Shown here piece after piece: positions 61,731-64,000 of a stretch of DNA of 64,000 nucleotides. The stretch's first letter is position 1. Every line of letters begins with the position of its first letter. Source of the stretch: Iphione sp. A-MEVVRFRX5 (taxonomy: Eukaryota); the NCBI GenBank assembly GCA_976226885.1, contig OZ320314.1:49228001-49292000 (forward strand), in the 5' to 3' direction. The notes under the pieces are model-generated. The model saw nothing but the letters and a program-made list of their open reading frames with translations, was not told the DNA's origin and searched no databases. Both the position numbers and the translations under genes were made by a program.

Positions 61731-62330
61731 CAGAGGGTATTCCAAGTCCGAACACTCGAAATACGAATTTCCCCAAAACCGAACGATATTTCCAGGAACG
61801 AATCATTTTCATGTAAATAGACACTCATATATCCGAAATAGTCAATTTCCGAATCCGAACGATGGTATTTCCTTAAAATTAGTTAAAATTGTACTCGAAA
61901 ACCAAATGGAGACGACTGCGTTCTGGGCCGACACCTTCCAGAGACCCTCTGTCGCGGTTCCTTTGACGACTGCGAGCTCGGTTCCTCTCCATTCAACACC
62001 ACGGCGAGCTGAATGTGAGCTGGGCCGACACCTTGCAGACACTCTGTCGCAGTTCCTTTGACAATTGCGAGTTTGGTTCCTTTCTGGTTGATACCATGGC
62101 GAGCTGACTGCGAGCGCAGCTGACACCTTGCAGAGGCTCTGTCGCGGTTCCTTTGATGACTGCGAGCTCGGTTCCTCTCCAGTCGACACCTTACAGAAGC
62201 CCTGGTCGCTCTCCCCCCCTAAATATGTGAAATTGAAAGTGGCTTTAGGCCACAATTCCAAATACGAATTATCCCAAGTCCGAACGATTTTGGTGGAAAT
62301 GGCGATCATTCAGTTTTGGAATTCTCTCTG
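61731..62330. mobile_element. Tc1/mariner-like MITE with internal tandem repeats
   Basis: TA|CAGAGGGTATTCCAA … TTGGAATTCTCTCTG|TA, with subterminal (T)CCGAA motifs. Confidence 0.7.
61927..62200. repeat. GC-rich tandem repeat, about 96 bp x 3
   Basis: GC.GACACCTT.CAGA…CTCTGTCGCGGTTCCTTTGA.GACTGCGAGCTCGGTTCC units at 61927, 62024 and 62119. Confidence 0.85.
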
Positions 62331-63439
62331 TACTTGATCACATAGACAGTGTGCAGACTCCCACTTGAAAATGGTTCAGTGGTCATGTGACCTCATAAAA
62401 ACGTAATAATAGCAGATGAGACACATCATGAAAGAGAGAACATCGGGTCAGCCTCTCTAGTGAAGAGGAAAGGTGATTCAGAAGCTAACCTAGACAAGGC
62501 AGAGCAGACTGCCAGAGACAAAACTCCTGTGGCTGCAAAGACAAGGGCCCTTGAGCCCCCAGCAGTCATAATGGATGTGGTCCTTTGACAGGAGAGGCCA
62601 ACACCCAGCCATCTGAACTAAAGGGGAAACCCTTCTAGCCAAAGGTTAGAGGTTGACCTTCTGACCTTATTTACTTAACAAACACCTTAAATTCAGACCA
62701 TGACAGGCTTCAGGGACAATATGGCAGGGCTTTAGTTGGACCCTCAGCGTGAGCTTTGAGGCTTTAAGGCAGAATTCACGCCCCTGGCAGATACAATTAA
62801 TTCTGGGTCCTAAGGCTTATACCAGGAGGATGATAGCTCCTCCAGTACTATTCCAGCCAGTCAAGTCAACCTGGATGAAGATTCCAAGGATGAAATGGCA
62901 CCAGCGGATTCCTCTAGACTACAACTGACAAAGGTCAATGACCTAGTCTGGTCTACTTTATCTAAATCTGTCAAGCAGAGAGAGAAAAACCTTTAACGGG
63001 TCCAGGTTATGATGCACTTTGGGTTAGCTGTGTTGGTCACAGACACCACAGTACTAATAAAAGCGGCACAAAAAGACCTCTTGCTTCAACCAGTGTGCTG
63101 AACACTTTATTTGACACACCCAGCATCTATGGTGCTGCTAATTATGAACTGATAAGGGCTTCATTTTGAAGGATGAAAACATGAGACTTCACAGGCAAGA
63201 TTTCTAACAAGTTAACCCAGGAGGTGCATTGCAACAAAGCCAGCAAGACAATCAAAGGCAAGATTAGCCATGGAGGTGGTTATAGGCGTAGTTGCAGCAG
63301 GTACAATCTGTATCGGCCTTACTCTGCCAAAGTTCATCACCCATACCAGAGAGGTGCCTCTTCTCAATCCTCCACCTCTTTTTCTAATCAACATCAAGAT
63401 TTAGGGTGAGGCCTCCAAAGAAGTAAGGTCAAGAAGCTT

Positions 63440-64000
63440 TGTAGCTGCCATATTAGAACATAAGATTTGTATTTGGGAACATCTTTCATTGGACCCTGCA
63501 GTTGTAAACACTGTTCATGGTATTACATTGGAGTTCCACTGCCAGCCTCTGTCCAGATTTCTTAAGCTGTTACAGTTTGTTGAAGTTGAGTTTGACAGAG
63601 TTATTCAAGCAGTGGAAGACCCCCTGCAACACAAAGTCAATTGCTCTAGATTTTCCTGCCTTTCCATTCTAGTCGTGGATTTTTCCACGAGCAAAACTAG
63701 ATGGCTCTCTATGCACTATCTTGGACTTGTCAAAACAGAACAAGTTCATGCCCTTTATCCATTCCAAAATGGATACTTTCCAGTCAGTTACTCAAACTCT
63801 CTGCAAAAATTATTCGATGGCCTTGGTGGACTTCAAGAGTGCTGACATCAGACATACCTTGTGTTCTCTTGAAATGGATGATATTTCCGAAATGTGGTTA
63901 TGCCTTTCAGCCTTATATCAGCACCCAGACTATTCACTCAGCTGCTAAAGCCACCTCTAGCAACATTGCATGAACAAGGTCATGATGTCCTGGCTTGCTT
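63440..64000 (+). mobile_element. Decayed DIRS-type (tyrosine-recombinase retrotransposon) RT fragment, runs off the window end
   Basis: WEHLSLDPAVVNTVHGITLEF, LDLSKQNKFM…KMDTFQSV…MALVDFKSA and MPFSLISAPRLFTQLLKP resemble DIRS RT motifs (W…SDP…G…LEF, FKMET, SIDLKDAY, LPFGLSSAPRIFTK). Frameshifted. A gag-like remnant may lie at 62400-63400. Confidence 0.8.

Noticed and set aside
37067-62200. Tandem arrays as possible CRISPR-like repeat-spacer systems
   Set aside because: The units are whole-length diverged duplicates without unique spacers, the context is eukaryotic, and there are no cas genes.
63146-63159. 14-nt match to the 3' part of miR-184 (GAACTGATAAGGGC)
   Set aside because: The seed region is absent, no precursor hairpin was seen, and it lies in a decayed retroelement region.

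Overview
This is eukaryotic DNA, probably from an invertebrate animal (inferred from spliceosomal signals, GA/CT microsatellites and the transposon types). It is mostly non-coding. The main feature is a very young, intact Penelope-like retroelement (PLE) at about 16175-21307 on the + strand. It has identical 277-bp terminal direct repeats (pLTRs), a 14-17 bp target-site duplication and an A34 tract at its 5' junction. It encodes an upstream 441-aa ORF1 and a 911-aa RT + GIY-YIG ORF2 with Neptune-like features. Three hidden design features stand out. (1) Each pLTR holds a type I hammerhead ribozyme whose halves are separated by a structured insertion of about 130 nt in stem III. (2) A candidate intron (18208-18431, or 18202-18431) brings ORF2 exactly into frame with ORF1, and two GT donors 6 nt apart either keep or remove the ORF1 stop codon. 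(3) A second, in-frame 270-nt candidate intron inside ORF1 would remove a bipartite nuclear localisation signal (NLS). The rest of the window holds a probable first coding exon (signal-peptide-like) of an unidentified host gene, and decayed Gypsy, L2/Rex-Babar-like LINE and DIRS-type fragments. It also holds many MITEs (PIF/Harbinger-, hAT- and Tc1-like), mini- and microsatellites, and several regulatory-motif clusters. All splice, ribozyme and regulatory calls are predictions made by eye from sequence alone.
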